Position numbers and translations under genes: made by a program
The notes under the pieces: model-generated
Told to the model about the DNA's origin: nothing
Database searches by the model: none
The model's input: the letters and a program-made list of their open reading frames with translations, nothing else
Part shown: one piece after another, positions 26,707-37,834 of the stretch
Layout of the letters: the number at the start of each line of letters is the position of its first letter
Position numbering within the stretch: the first letter of the stretch is position 1
DNA from: Candidatus Kapaibacterium sp.
GTDB lineage: Bacteria; Bacteroidota; Ignavibacteria; Kapaibacteriales; UBA2268
NCBI GenBank assembly: GCA_963665665.1
Contig: OY762428.1
Span: 4,416,001-4,480,000, forward strand
Length of the DNA stretch: 64,000 nucleotides
Direction of reading: 5' to 3'

Positions 26707-29700
26707 ATGGAAAACTGGACACAATTAGAATATCTTGAATGGTATCGACAATTCCTTGAAGATGACTGGGAAGATTATATACAAGCTGCCCAAGAATATG
26801 GTATGAAGTATAAGGAATACAAAATTCTTCTTACTATGAAGCAAAAGTCAAATTCTTATAATGAGCCTTCTTTCAGCCAAATGCAATGGGCTAAGAAGAT
26901 TATAGAAAGATTGGATTTTCAACTTGATAAAGAGAATTTTGAAGAAACATTTAAAAAAGCAAATAATTGTGCATCTATGAATACCAAACACCTAACCGTA
27001 AGAATGGCCTGGCATGATAATTTTTGGAATGGACATATTTGTCAGGATCCCGAAAATAATATATACTGTAATGGATACAATTCGCTTCTATCAGACAGGA
27101 TAAGAAGGAGAAAACAAGTTGAAATTGAAAAACAATATTCTGGTAGACCTCTTCCTGAAATAGTCAAGAATGAGAATTATGTGCCTCCATGTTTTTGGTC
27201 TATCAATGCTTTTGGCAATGATGAACTACCAATCATACATGACAACCCGGCAAATGATAAAATTGTACCAATTAAAGAATCTCTTCATGCAAATTCTGTT
27301 TTTTCCTGGCCCTTTAAACTATCTTTTGTAAGGGACAACAAAGTTTTTCGTACAGAAGGCAAGTATCCTAAAAATTTAGAGGATATCCGAATCCCTAATT
27401 TTCAAAATAAATTAGTAGAAAAAAACAGTATTGTCTTTCTTTATGCTAATTATGATAATCCAATATCCGGTGATGATAATATTTCAGGGATTAGGCCGGC
27501 ATATTTACTTGTTGGATGTGCTTTATTAGCCAATAAAAAGTCTCCTACAAGATTCACAGAACCGCAAGAAGAATTCGATAAAGCAAAAAAACGACCGCAT
27601 TTACAAAACTTCCCAAACATAAATTGGGCTATTCAATATTCATTAGACCATAATTCTTTGGTAAGATTGCCATATCATGAATATCTGCTTGAGCGAGAAA
27701 AGATCAAAAACCAAGAAGATCGAGAAGTTTTTGATAAGGAGAAGATGAGCAAACTAAAAGTTACAATTACCGAACCTGAGCTTATACATTGTTTTAAATA
27801 TGTAGCAATGGATGTGGATGACGATGAAGCTATATATTTGCTGTCTAAAATTCGATACAGCCTCTATTCAATAAAAAATCAAGGGATTGTATCACAAGAA
27901 TTTGTAAATGACAATATCGAAAGAGTAGATAAACTTTTAAAGAATACATGGGATAAAAGAGGTTATTTCCCAGGCTTACCAAAATTATGTAGACTTGCAA
28001 AAGGATTAAAAAAAGACGATAAACTTGATATTGATAATCTTCTTAAAACAGTCTTTAAGAAAGAACAAAATATGGCTGTGAATAAGATCATTGAACTTTT
28101 TAATGATCCGGAAGCCGATGAAGAGTATTCAAAATTCGAAGACTCCCTTTATGATATAAAAGAATATTTTGAGGATATTAAGGGAATTGATATTGAACAA
28201 TTTTTTAGATTGTCCTTGCTCAACCTTACTTTTTATCAATTCGATAGGATTTTGAAAGGTGAAATACGATTGGATAATTACAGGATTGATTTGAAGGAAA
28301 TTGCTGAAAATCCGTACCTATTATATGAAGAGTATGAGTGCAGGATTGACCACGAAGACCCTTATACAGGTGATCAACTTGATAATCCGATTGAATTATT
28401 TAAAATAGATATTGCATATTTCCCTGACACAAGATACCTGAAAAGGCATAAACTTCAGAGAGCAATAAAAAGTTCTGATAAAAGAAGAGTAATATCTTTA
28501 ATTATTCAATATCTTCAAAAACTTGAAAATTATGGTCATTGCTTTGATGTTGCAGAAAATATACAAGAAGCATTAAAAGATTATCCATTGTTTTATAAGA
28601 TTGATGATGAATATCAACTCCCAAATAATCTGCTTAACGATTTTAATGAGGAATATGAGAAGCATTTAAAGTTAAAATTACATATTGAACCATATAACAA
28701 CAAGAACCTTTACTATCTTCTGAAAATATATGATGCAGAAATTCATATTAAGGAAATAATCTTAAAGCTATTAAAACATGAAGACATCAATATTGAATCT
28801 CCTGATTTTATAGATTATATAGAAACTTCTGCAAATCAATTAAGCGAAAGATTGCGAAGTAACTTCGAAAAAGATCAATTTATTGATGAACGATTAGAAC
28901 TTTTCGGAAATATTTTTAGAAAAAGATTTTATGTCCTCGGTGGTTCGCCTGGTTCAGGGAAATCATACGAATTATTAAAAGTAATATCGGAATTTAAAAA
29001 ACATAATGAAGAATACCTTTTATTGGCACCAACCGGTAAAGCTGTATTAAGACTCCGTAATGAAGAAGGTTTCGCAGATATAAAAGCAATGACTATTGAT
29101 AAGTTCATACATGATAGAATAAACAATAGGAATTCATCAACTTTTCGTAATCTGATTATTGACGAAATGTCAATGGTTGATTTATTGAAACTTGCTGAGC
29201 TATTTAATTTGATAAATTTTGATAGTCCGAATTTTAAAAGATTGATTTTTGTTGGCGACCAGTATCAACTTCCTCCTATAGGATATGGTAAAGTTTTTAT
29301 TGATACCTTGAATTATCTGAAACTTATGCCAGAGCATAGAGATCACTTTATTGAGCTTGAAACAAATTGTCGCCAGAAATTAGATAATGAGATATTAGAT
29401 TTCAGCAAAATATTCTCGAATCAGAATAAAAATTACGAAGAATATTTGATGACTATTAATAAAGACATACAAATTTCTGAGAATTTCCATATTTACTATT
29501 GGAAAAATAAGGAAGAATTATATCAAAAATTCGAAGACAGACTGTGTCAATTGCATTCAGAAGAGATCAATGATCCTAACATTGTATTAAATGAACTTTT
29601 CAATTTGGATGAAGATGGAAATATTATACCAAATCAGAAATACAACCCTGATGGTTTACAGCTATTATCGCCTTATAGAACTAACTATTATGGTACTATC

Positions 29701-30617
29701 AAAATTAATCATTATTTCCAAAATTCTTTCAGAGCTTCAGCGAGTTTTATTGATAAACGTAAAGTTGCGTTCAAGCATTCTGACAAAATATATCAAACAA
29801 AAAACAAATACGATTATGAGACAAAAGAACTTGTTTTATCAAATGGTTCCATAGGTATAGCTCAAAAAAACAAGAAACTATATTTTCCGGAATATGGGAA
29901 GCAACCAGTTCCTGATAAATTTCTTAATTCTGAGGAATTAGATCTTGCTTATTGTTTAACGGTTCACAAATCACAAGGTAGCGGTTTTGATAATATTTTT
30001 TTATATTGCCTGAGAAACTCTCATTATTGTCTCGAGAATTAATATATACCGCTTTAACAAGATCAAAAGAAAGCCTTTCAATTTTTATTGAAAAAGGAGT
30101 ATCAGAGAAGGAGAATAATACTTTATTTCATAAACTCAGGACAAGAAGTTATACTGAAACTCGAAAAACGAGTTTATTTATGCTTAACTATTGGGATTTT
30201 AGTTTAGAGCCTGAAAAGGGTGTATTCGTCAAATCAAGAGTAGAATACATTATTTACAAGAATCTCATAGAAGAATTACATAAGTATAAGGATTTTGAGT
30301 TTTTCTATGAACTACAACCGGAAATTAAAGGCAAAAAATTGATGATAAAAACTGATTTTACAATTATATCAAATAATGTTACTTATTACTGGGAACATTT
30401 AGGATTACTGGGGAATAATTACTACGAAAAGACATGGAGATTTAAAAGAAAAAAATATAATGAATTTGGTATCAAAGATACACTATTAACCACTGATGAG
30501 AAAAAAGGAATTAGTGATCCCAAAATCAAAGAAATTATAAATGACATCAGAAATGGAAATTTAAAAAATGAAGAAAAAAATAATCTCTATTCTGAATATC
30601 ATTGTTCATTGAGATAG
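26707..30617 (+). pseudogene. RecD-like SF1B helicase with C-terminal nuclease-like domain, split by a 1-nt frameshift
   Basis: GSPGSGKS, LAPTGKA, IIDEMSM, VGDQYQLPP, TVHKSQGS in ORF 26707-30042; ELIYTALTR and YYWEHLG in ORF 30006-30617; T7 run at 29996-30002. Confidence 0.85.
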
Positions 30618-30662
30618 TATTAATTATGATTTAGCCGTTTTCTTCATATATGGATAAAGATT

Positions 30663-31730
30663 ATGCCAAGACCAAGATCAAGAAAACAAAGATGGGATCA
30701 TCCATTATATAATATCGGTTTCTGCTTTAGCCGGGCAGGAATTGTTTATACTGAGATCAACGGAGCAAGGCTGACAACAAACTTGAAGTGGCATACAAAT
30801 AACAAAGAGCTTGCTTTAAGTATTCTCGAGAAACGGGTACTTGAACATCTTAATCCTAAAGTAGAAGAAGAGGAAGTGGCAAAGAAAACGGTTTTTGAGC
30901 TCATAAAAGAGTTCACTACAATTCATTTCCCAAATGTTTCAATTACTGCTCAAAGGAAATTTAATCAGGCCTGTACACATTTTATTAAAAAGGATTATTA
31001 TCTCGATGATTATGAATCAATAAAGAATCATGTTATTGCAAATTTGAAGAATAATAAACTTCACCAAAACACCAGACACAAATTAATTCAAGCTTTAAGG
31101 CAAATATTTACATATGGAGTTGAAGAGGGATATCTCGATCGTAATCCTGTAACTAAAAATATTATCCCAAAACCCGTAAAACCGGAATACGTTATTTTTT
31201 CTTTTGAAGAAGTAAAAAAATTAATAGAATATTTTCAGAAAAAAGAAAAGATAGAATTCAGCTTGCTACTTGAATTCTTATCAATAACCGCTGTTAGAAT
31301 CAATGAAGCCATTCAGATTAGTTGGTTGGATATTGATGAAGAAAAAATTACCATCCACGGTAAGGGTAATCGGGATCGCCCTTTCCCAATTCAAGCTTTT
31401 CCTGAAATAATTCCTATTTTAAAGAAGTTGGAAGAATTCAAAGATGTTAATAATGGTAAATTGTTTCGATGGAATTCTTATGCTAAATTAGAGAAATGGG
31501 TTAGAGATGCATTAAAAGATATGGGAATTGAAAATAAAGGTAATTTTCATGCTATAAGAAAGATGAGAGAGAATCAATTGATTCAGGACGAAGATTTGGA
31601 TCTGAACATTGTAGCAGAAATATTAGGTCATACTAAACGTGTACAAGAGAAACATTATCTTGATGTTTTAGGAGCAAAGAAGTTGACAGAGATAATTTTA
31701 CGAAGAAAAAACGGGAAAAAATTGATTTGA
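30663..31730 (+). CDS. Tyrosine recombinase/integrase
   Basis: Catalytic R (AVRINEA), K (GKG), HxxR (FHAIR), H (LGHT), Y (KHY). Confidence 0.95.
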   Translation: MPRPRSRKQRWDHPLYNIGFCFSRAGIVYTEINGARLTTNLKWHTNNKELALSILEKRVLEHLNPKVEEEEVAKKTVFELIKEFTTIHFPNVSITAQRKFNQACTHFIKKDYYLDDYESIKNHVIANLKNNKLHQNTRHKLIQALRQIFTYGVEEGYLDRNPVTKNIIPKPVKPEYVIFSFEEVKKLIEYFQKKEKIEFSLLLEFLSITAVRINEAIQISWLDIDEEKITIHGKGNRDRPFPIQAFPEIIPILKKLEEFKDVNNGKLFRWNSYAKLEKWVRDALKDMGIENKGNFHAIRKMRENQLIQDEDLDLNIVAEILGHTKRVQEKHYLDVLGAKKLTEIILRRKNGKKLI

Positions 31731-31880
31731 GAGAATGAAAAATACTGTCCTATATATGTCCTAAATTCAAGCAGTATTATACCAATTTTAGTAAAATTAT
31801 GAAAAACTTAGATTCTGTATAAACCGCTGCTATTCTAACTATATAACTTATTTTTTTGAATTTACAAAAATGGTATATGC

Positions 31881-31897
31881 ACTCCCGCCATCTCCAC
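31881..31897 (+). other. attR core: displaced 3' end of tmRNA (ssrA)
   Basis: ACTCCCGCCATCTCCAC matches the recalled tmRNA 3' end (GGTTCGACTCCCGCCATCTCCACCA) but lacks the upstream GGTTCG; 150 bp after the integrase. Confidence 0.8.
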
Positions 31898-31912
31898 TTA
31901 TATAATCATATA

Positions 31913-31951
31913 GCCTTTGTAAAATAGAAACTTACAAAGGCATTTCTTTTT
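31913..31951 (+). terminator. Intrinsic terminator, probably the original ssrA terminator
   Basis: GCCTTTGTAA-N9-TTACAAAGGC followed by ATTTCTTTTT. Confidence 0.8.
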
Positions 31952-32230
31952 TATACATGAATTTTCCATAAACTTTTCCGGTACATTATCCATCAAAATT
32001 TAATAATTGATCCCTGAAATTTGGTCTGAATTTCCCTTGTTTGAAACAAAATTACTCTTACCATTTATCCTATTCCCCTTGCCTTTTTCCCAAAAATTTG
32101 CGATATTGGAAATTGAATGCTCGCGGGGGAGTATTCCGGCAATGGCAGAGCGAAGGGTAGAAAAAATTTAATCAAAGCGGCAGTCATAACTGACTGGTGT
32201 TTTTCGTAGTTTGATACTTATGAGGCTGAT

Positions 32231-32335
32231 ATGAATGTTCCGGATACAGTTATTAATCTTGTTGAAGAATTCGGCTGGCTCGCCTGTAAGCTCTACAACC
32301 TGACCGAAGAAGAAATTAAGATTGTGGAGGGGTGA
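32231..32335 (+). pseudogene. Internally deleted type IIG (Eco57I-like) RM gene remnant
   Basis: MNVPDTVINLVEEF-GWLACKLYNLTEEEIKIVEG*; the tail matches the typical LYxLTEEEIxIVE C-terminus of type IIG enzymes. Confidence 0.65.
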
Positions 32336-32382
32336 GGGGTGGAAATGTTAAATTTGATTGAAAGAATAATTGAGTATATAAA

Positions 32383-33423
32383 ATGACAGATACATCTTTA
32401 TCATTTTTAGACGGAAATACTGTTGAATTGCATTACTGGTTTGACGACAAATCTCATAGTATGGATGCGATTATCCATAATAGTTGTGAATCCAATGTGT
32501 TGAAAATAATTAACGAGATAGCAAATACTTATAATGTTAAAATAACTATCGATACTGTAGCTTTAGCTAAAGGAGGTTTAATAAGTTGGCTTAAAATTAG
32601 AAACGATTCAAATGATGCTGTTGAAAATTCAAATGATAATAAATATTCTACAATGAAAGTAGCTGTAGTAACTGCATTGATTGTATCTGTTTTAACCACT
32701 CCAATATCTACATCAATATCGAAAGTTATTGAAAAAACAATTGATAATATATATGAAGATAGTATAAAGAAAGAATTGGAACACAAAAAACTTGAATTAG
32801 AAGTTGAGAACCTTGAACTTCAAAAGGAAAAAATAATATTAGAATTACAAAGAGAAAAAGCAAACACAATTGAAAGAACTAAAACGATTGACACAAACAA
32901 TAGAATAAAAAAACAGAAATCAAATTATTATGAGAAAATTGAATCTTATAAAAAAATTATAGAAATTTCATATTCCATTAAAAATGAGAATGAGAATTTA
33001 ATTATCGATAACAGAAATGTCCATAGAAATAATTTCAAGGATCATATTCTAATATCAGACGATTTAGAGCCAAAAATAATAGAAGAAGCCCAGATAGAGA
33101 TCATTTCTCCAGTACTTAAAAAAGGTAAATATAAATGGCGAGGATATTTTAATGGAGAATCAATATCTTTTAATATGAAATCAAAAGAATTTAAACAAGA
33201 AGTACAAAATGGGAATGTTAATTTCAAAAATGGTACAACAATTATATGTTTACTAATATTGAAAAAGAAAATTGATACAGAAGGGATTGAAAGAATTGAT
33301 GGTTATGATGTTATGAGAGTTGATTCATATTATGAAAATGATGAACCATTTGAAACTTTAGAAGGTAAGAAACATAAACAAATAATTGAGGCTAAAAAAA
33401 ATCAAGGAAAATTGTTTGATTAA
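32383..33423 (+). CDS. Hypothetical protein (TM + coiled coil + beta-rich C-terminal domain)
   Basis: 346-aa AT-rich ORF; no family recognised with confidence. Confidence 0.8.
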   Translation: MTDTSLSFLDGNTVELHYWFDDKSHSMDAIIHNSCESNVLKIINEIANTYNVKITIDTVALAKGGLISWLKIRNDSNDAVENSNDNKYSTMKVAVVTALIVSVLTTPISTSISKVIEKTIDNIYEDSIKKELEHKKLELEVENLELQKEKIILELQREKANTIERTKTIDTNNRIKKQKSNYYEKIESYKKIIEISYSIKNENENLIIDNRNVHRNNFKDHILISDDLEPKIIEEAQIEIISPVLKKGKYKWRGYFNGESISFNMKSKEFKQEVQNGNVNFKNGTTIICLLILKKKIDTEGIERIDGYDVMRVDSYYENDEPFETLEGKKHKQIIEAKKNQGKLFD

Positions 33424-33442
33424 TTTATTATTGGAGTTTAAC

Positions 33443-33895
33443 ATGAGTTTTAAAAATATTTTTCAAGATACAAGCAATCTTCGTGGAGGTACTTTCTTTG
33501 ATAAAGTGGAACTGGGAGATGATTATGTAATAATATATTATTATGCGAGTTATGACTCGTATAGGAAAGGGAAACCAGATTCCCAACTTGAATATTCTCA
33601 ATTTATTAATTACTGGTCAACCGGGAAATCTGTTGAAAAAATGATTGCAGAACCTGTAAGATTGATGAAGAATTATACCGATTTAAAATGTGTCACAATC
33701 ATCTTTGGAGATGATAAAGTAAAATATAAAATAAAAATTACAAAAGATGATTTTGAAAATCATACAGGTCTCGATATTTATGAACTTAAAGACGAACAAA
33801 AATGGATTGATTTTGTTGATAAATATATCTATTCGATAAACAACCTTCTCAGAACTTCTTTTTATAATAAGTTTGTTAAAATTTCTAAATTATAA
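33443..33895 (+). CDS. Hypothetical protein
   Basis: ATG 33443 with RBS GGAG. Confidence 0.7.
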   Translation: MSFKNIFQDTSNLRGGTFFDKVELGDDYVIIYYYASYDSYRKGKPDSQLEYSQFINYWSTGKSVEKMIAEPVRLMKNYTDLKCVTIIFGDDKVKYKIKITKDDFENHTGLDIYELKDEQKWIDFVDKYIYSINNLLRTSFYNKFVKISKL

Positions 33896-33980
33896 CCACC
33901 ATAAAAAAAAACACTTACAACCAAACACATAAAGCAGGGGTAATTTCAAAAAAAGATTCGGTATCTAAAGGTAAAATATA

Positions 33981-35042
33981 ATGGCAGATAATAAAAATAT
34001 AAAAAAACAGGCAGAGAAAAGCGATATTGTCCGCTCATCGGCAGCAGAGTATCTGACGTTTATGGCCGCCGGTGGCCAGGGCGGCGTAGAGGCTCTTTAT
34101 GCTGACGAAAATATATGGCTAAGTCAGAAAATGATGGGGCTTCTCTACGATGTGAAAACCCACACCATTAATTATCATCTCAAAAAAGTGTTTGCCGACA
34201 GCGAGCTGGAAGAGGGTTCAGTTATTCGAAATTTTCGAATAACTGCCCCTGACGGGAAAAATTATAATGCTAAACATTATAATCTGTCTGCAATAATATC
34301 CGTTGGTTACAAAGTGAATTCGGAGCGGGCCGTGCAGTTCCGGAAGTGGGCTACTGCTATTATCAAAGAGTTTACCATCAAGGCTTACGTGATGGATGAT
34401 GAAAGGATAAAAAGCGGTGGTTCGGTACTAACGGATCAATACTTTGAAGAGCAGTTGGAACGCATAAGGGAAATTCGTCTTAGCGAACGCAAATTCTATC
34501 AAAAGATAACAGATATTTATGCTACTGCTATAGACTATGACCTGACAGCTAAATCCACGAAACGATTTTTTGCCACCGTCCAGAATAAGCTGCATTGGGC
34601 TATACACGGGCATACTGCCGCCGAAGTAATAGTTGATCGGGCAGACCATCAAAAGCAAAACATGGGCCTTACAACCTGGAAAGATGCACCCAAAGGCAAA
34701 ATTCAAAAATTTGATGTTGTAGTAGCAAAGAACTATTTAACCGAAAACGAAATGGCCCAGCTTACAAGATTGGTATCTGCCTATCTTGATATTGCAGAAG
34801 ATATGGCTCTGCGTAAGATACCCATGACCATGCAGGATTGGGAAATTCGATTAAACCGTTTTATTGAAGCAACAGACCGGGAAATTCTAATGGATGACGG
34901 AAAAGTTACTGCCGAAATAGCCAAAGCTCATGCAGAAAGTGAATTTGAAAAATATAGAATTATTCAGGACAGGTTATTTGAAAGTGATTTTGATAAACTT
35001 ATCAAGCAAATTGAATCTTCAAAAGGAAAGGGTAAACAGTAG
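33981..35042 (+). CDS. Virulence RhuM-family protein
   Basis: IWLSQKMM, YNLSAIISVGYKVNS.RA..FRKWAT, RIREIRLSERKFYQK, VAKNYL. Confidence 0.92.
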   Translation: MADNKNIKKQAEKSDIVRSSAAEYLTFMAAGGQGGVEALYADENIWLSQKMMGLLYDVKTHTINYHLKKVFADSELEEGSVIRNFRITAPDGKNYNAKHYNLSAIISVGYKVNSERAVQFRKWATAIIKEFTIKAYVMDDERIKSGGSVLTDQYFEEQLERIREIRLSERKFYQKITDIYATAIDYDLTAKSTKRFFATVQNKLHWAIHGHTAAEVIVDRADHQKQNMGLTTWKDAPKGKIQKFDVVVAKNYLTENEMAQLTRLVSAYLDIAEDMALRKIPMTMQDWEIRLNRFIEATDREILMDDGKVTAEIAKAHAESEFEKYRIIQDRLFESDFDKLIKQIESSKGKGKQ

Positions 35043-35160
35043 TATATCTAAGTTCCTCTTTCAAATAAAATCTTTGAAGTAACTGTGGCGGAATTCAACA
35101 TAAGAAGTAAAATATTATGAGATAACAACCATGAACAACTGCTATTATCAGGCCTTTAGC

Positions 35161-35274
35161 CATGAAAAAAAAATACTGCAATAGCAGACAGCCATAACCG
35201 ACCGGCAGATAGGCTGGCTCGCCTGTAAGCTCTACAAGCTGACCGAAGAAGAAATAAAGATAGTGGAGGGGTAG
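35161..35274 (+). pseudogene. C-terminal remnant of a type IIG RM gene
   Basis: HEKKILQ*QTAITDRQIGWLACKLYKLTEEEIKIVEG*; ~70 bp nearly identical to 32273-32345. Confidence 0.7.
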
Positions 35275-35552
35275 AGGGTGGAAGTGAAATGAATCTAAGT
35301 ATAATATTATAAATATTCATCATCCCTGCCCCATCCCGCCAGGAACATTATATATTCCCCCGGGCTTTTAAAACAAACAAATTTGGGGAAATTTGCCCCC
35401 GGATGTAATTTTATTTCGGCGGTGCGGGCCATCCTCCTATAGGAATTCTGCTGAACAGGCTTTTGTTGATGTAAATGTATGACAATATTGGCTTTAATAC
35501 CGTTGGTGTGTTCTTTGGAAACAATTTTTTGTGCCGGAAACCCGCTGTTTTA

Positions 35553-35815
35553 TGCTTTCCGAGCGTTCCCCCGTGCTTTCCGAGCGTTCCCCCGTGCTTT
35601 CCGAGCGTTCCCCCGAGCTTCCCGAGCGTTCCCCCAAGCTTCCTGAGTGTTCCCCCGTGCTTCCCGAGCGTTCCCTCGTGCTTTCCGAGCGTTCCCCCGA
35701 GCTTTCCGAGCGTTCCCCCGAGCTTCCCGAGCGTTCCCCCAAGCTTCCCGAGCGTTCCCCCGTGCTTTCGTAGCGTTTCCTAGTGCCTTCCGAGCGTTCC
35801 CTCGTGCTTTCCGAG
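35553..35815. repeat. 21-bp tandem repeat, ~12.5 copies
   Basis: Unit GCTTYCCGAGCGTTCCCCCGW, head-to-tail, no spacers. Confidence 0.97.
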
Positions 35816-36379
35816 ACACTTTTTCAGGTAAAATTTTACTCAGAAAAGACAGAGTTTCACTTTTTTGATATAGAATTTCGTTCTATTAGTCCGGTCGATC
35901 CATTTTATCAATTGCTGTTTTTATCCGAAAGTTCCGGTAATCGCTTTTGCCGGGTGATTGTTTTGTATATAAATATTGGGGTTTGCTATGCCCGGCATGG
36001 TTGATAATCCAAAGGCACATAATTTCACTCGGACGGGGGCGGAAATACCCCGTGCGCTTTGCTGCGACGGAATTATTGTTTCGGATTATCATTTTTTTGC
36101 TTGCTCCATTTTATTTCTGCCATTAATAAAAGTAATCATTTCTGAATAAGCACGTTTTACCACAGCAAGACAAGTTGCCGGAAACTTATAAGATTTCAAA
36201 TAACTGACAATTCGCCAACTTTTCATTTTAAAATAACAGATAATATAACCACATATTCATATTAAAATGAATTAATGGTTGAATTATATTAAAAATTGTT
36301 ATATATTTTAGGCAACCTTTGTGAAGGTTTTTTTCTTTGAAATACAAATAATCAGGTTTGAACTATCCCCGGGGTTAGT

Positions 36380-37834
36380 ATGGATTTTCCACTTTTCCAT
36401 CTTGATTTTATCGGTAACAGGATGCTGATTGCTGTCATTGCCGTTACCCACGTTCTAATTAATCACACTCTTGCTGTTGGCTTCCTGCCGCTGATAACCA
36501 TGCTGGAGTATTTCGGTTTCAAAAAGAAACAGATCGATCCGGAATATGGTGGCAAATGGGACGAGATGGCCCGAAAGATAATGTTTACGGGTTTTATAAT
36601 AACTACTTCGCTTGGTGCTATGACCGGCGTGGGCATCTGGCTTGCCGCCTCCCTGGTGAACCCGGCATCGATCGGAAGCCTTATCAGGGTTTTCTATATG
36701 GCATGGTTCACCGAATGGATAGTATTTGTGCTTGAAGTGGTTTTCATTATGATCTACTACCTGACATGGAAAAAATCCAACGAATCTCCCGCAAAAAAAC
36801 TAAGGCATATCAGGTTCGGAACGGCCCTCAGCATATTTTCCTGGCTGACGATGGCCATAATTGTTGCGATTCTCGGCTTTATGATGGATTCCGGAAGCTG
36901 GGGAGCCGATAAAACTTTCTTCAGCGGTTTTACCAACCCGCTATACCTGCCGCAATTGTATTTCCGCACACCGCTGGCAATGACCCTCGGAGGGGCTGTC
37001 GCTTTATTCCTGACTCTGTTCTACGTTAAAAAGGACAATGAGATAAGAAAAAAAGCCATTTCATATATTTCACTATGGATACTTGCCTGGACACCTGTTA
37101 CTGCTGCCGGGGCATTTGCATATTATGTAAAAATTCCGGATATGATGGTGGGCAACCTTCCCACGGCAGTTGGAACTATTCAATTCAGCCAGTGGTACGA
37201 TGATGTTCTTTGGATTATTATCGGAGCTGTTGTTTTGTCATTTATTATAGCTCTCTGGGGTTTCCTTCTGCCAAAAAGGCTTCCGAGGATAGCCGTTATA
37301 ATACCAATTTTTGCCCTGCTCACATTCCTTGGATATTTTGAAAGGATTAGAGAATTCATTCGCAAGCCCTATGTTATAGGCGAGTATATGTATGCCAATA
37401 CTTACCGGGCAGAGGAATATTCATTGTTCAAGGAAAAAGGAATACTGCCATATTCCACTTTCACTGCAAACGACGAAGTTCGGGAAGATAACAAAGTGGA
37501 TGCCGGAAAAGATGTTTTCATGCTTACATGCAGCCGTTGCCATACTATTACAGGAATTAACTCCGTAACAGATAAATTTACAAAGATGGCAGGAAAGAAG
37601 AAGCTTTCCGCCGATATGATAAAAGGCTATATCCCTGATATGCACAGGGTGTGGTACTTTATGCCGGAGTTCCCGGGTAATAATGCCGAACTGGAGGCGC
37701 TTACCACCTACATACTGGACGCGGCAAAGAACCCCGAAAGCCCGGGAGGTGCTCAGCACGGAATCGGGATATCTAAGAAAAACTCTATTAGCAATAATAA
37801 AATTGAAGAACTCAGTATGAAGGGAGGCAAATAA
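36380..37834 (+). CDS. Cytochrome bd subunit I-like membrane protein fused to cytochrome c
   Basis: Multiple TM helices, THVLINH, GAMTGVGIW, REFIRKPY; C-terminal CSRCH and distal Met (FMP). Confidence 0.8.
   Translation: MDFPLFHLDFIGNRMLIAVIAVTHVLINHTLAVGFLPLITMLEYFGFKKKQIDPEYGGKWDEMARKIMFTGFIITTSLGAMTGVGIWLAASLVNPASIGSLIRVFYMAWFTEWIVFVLEVVFIMIYYLTWKKSNESPAKKLRHIRFGTALSIFSWLTMAIIVAILGFMMDSGSWGADKTFFSGFTNPLYLPQLYFRTPLAMTLGGAVALFLTLFYVKKDNEIRKKAISYISLWILAWTPVTAAGAFAYYVKIPDMMVGNLPTAVGTIQFSQWYDDVLWIIIGAVVLSFIIALWGFLLPKRLPRIAVIIPIFALLTFLGYFERIREFIRKPYVIGEYMYANTYRAEEYSLFKEKGILPYSTFTANDEVREDNKVDAGKDVFMLTCSRCHTITGINSVTDKFTKMAGKKKLSADMIKGYIPDMHRVWYFMPEFPGNNAELEALTTYILDAAKNPESPGGAQHGIGISKKNSISNNKIEELSMKGGK

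Larger units (their letters stand above)
1..31897. mobile_element. Right part of a tmRNA-integrated prophage-like/integrative element (left end outside window)
   Basis: Tyrosine integrase next to a tmRNA 3'-end fragment, CI/Cro switch, phage-type recombination and replication operon; a helicase remnant at 70-270 indicates element-derived DNA reaches the window start. Confidence 0.8.

Noticed and set aside
31881-31897. Intact tRNA or tmRNA gene
   Set aside because: Only 17 nt of the 3' end are present; the T-loop 5' side and the gene body are absent.
32115-32165. Riboswitch-like hairpin before the RM remnant
   Set aside because: A single hairpin with no identifiable aptamer consensus.
35475-35868. 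CRISPR array or real proteins from the overlapping repeat ORFs
   Set aside because: Units are contiguous with no spacers and there is no cas operon. The ORFs are a by-product of a largely stop-free 21-mer.
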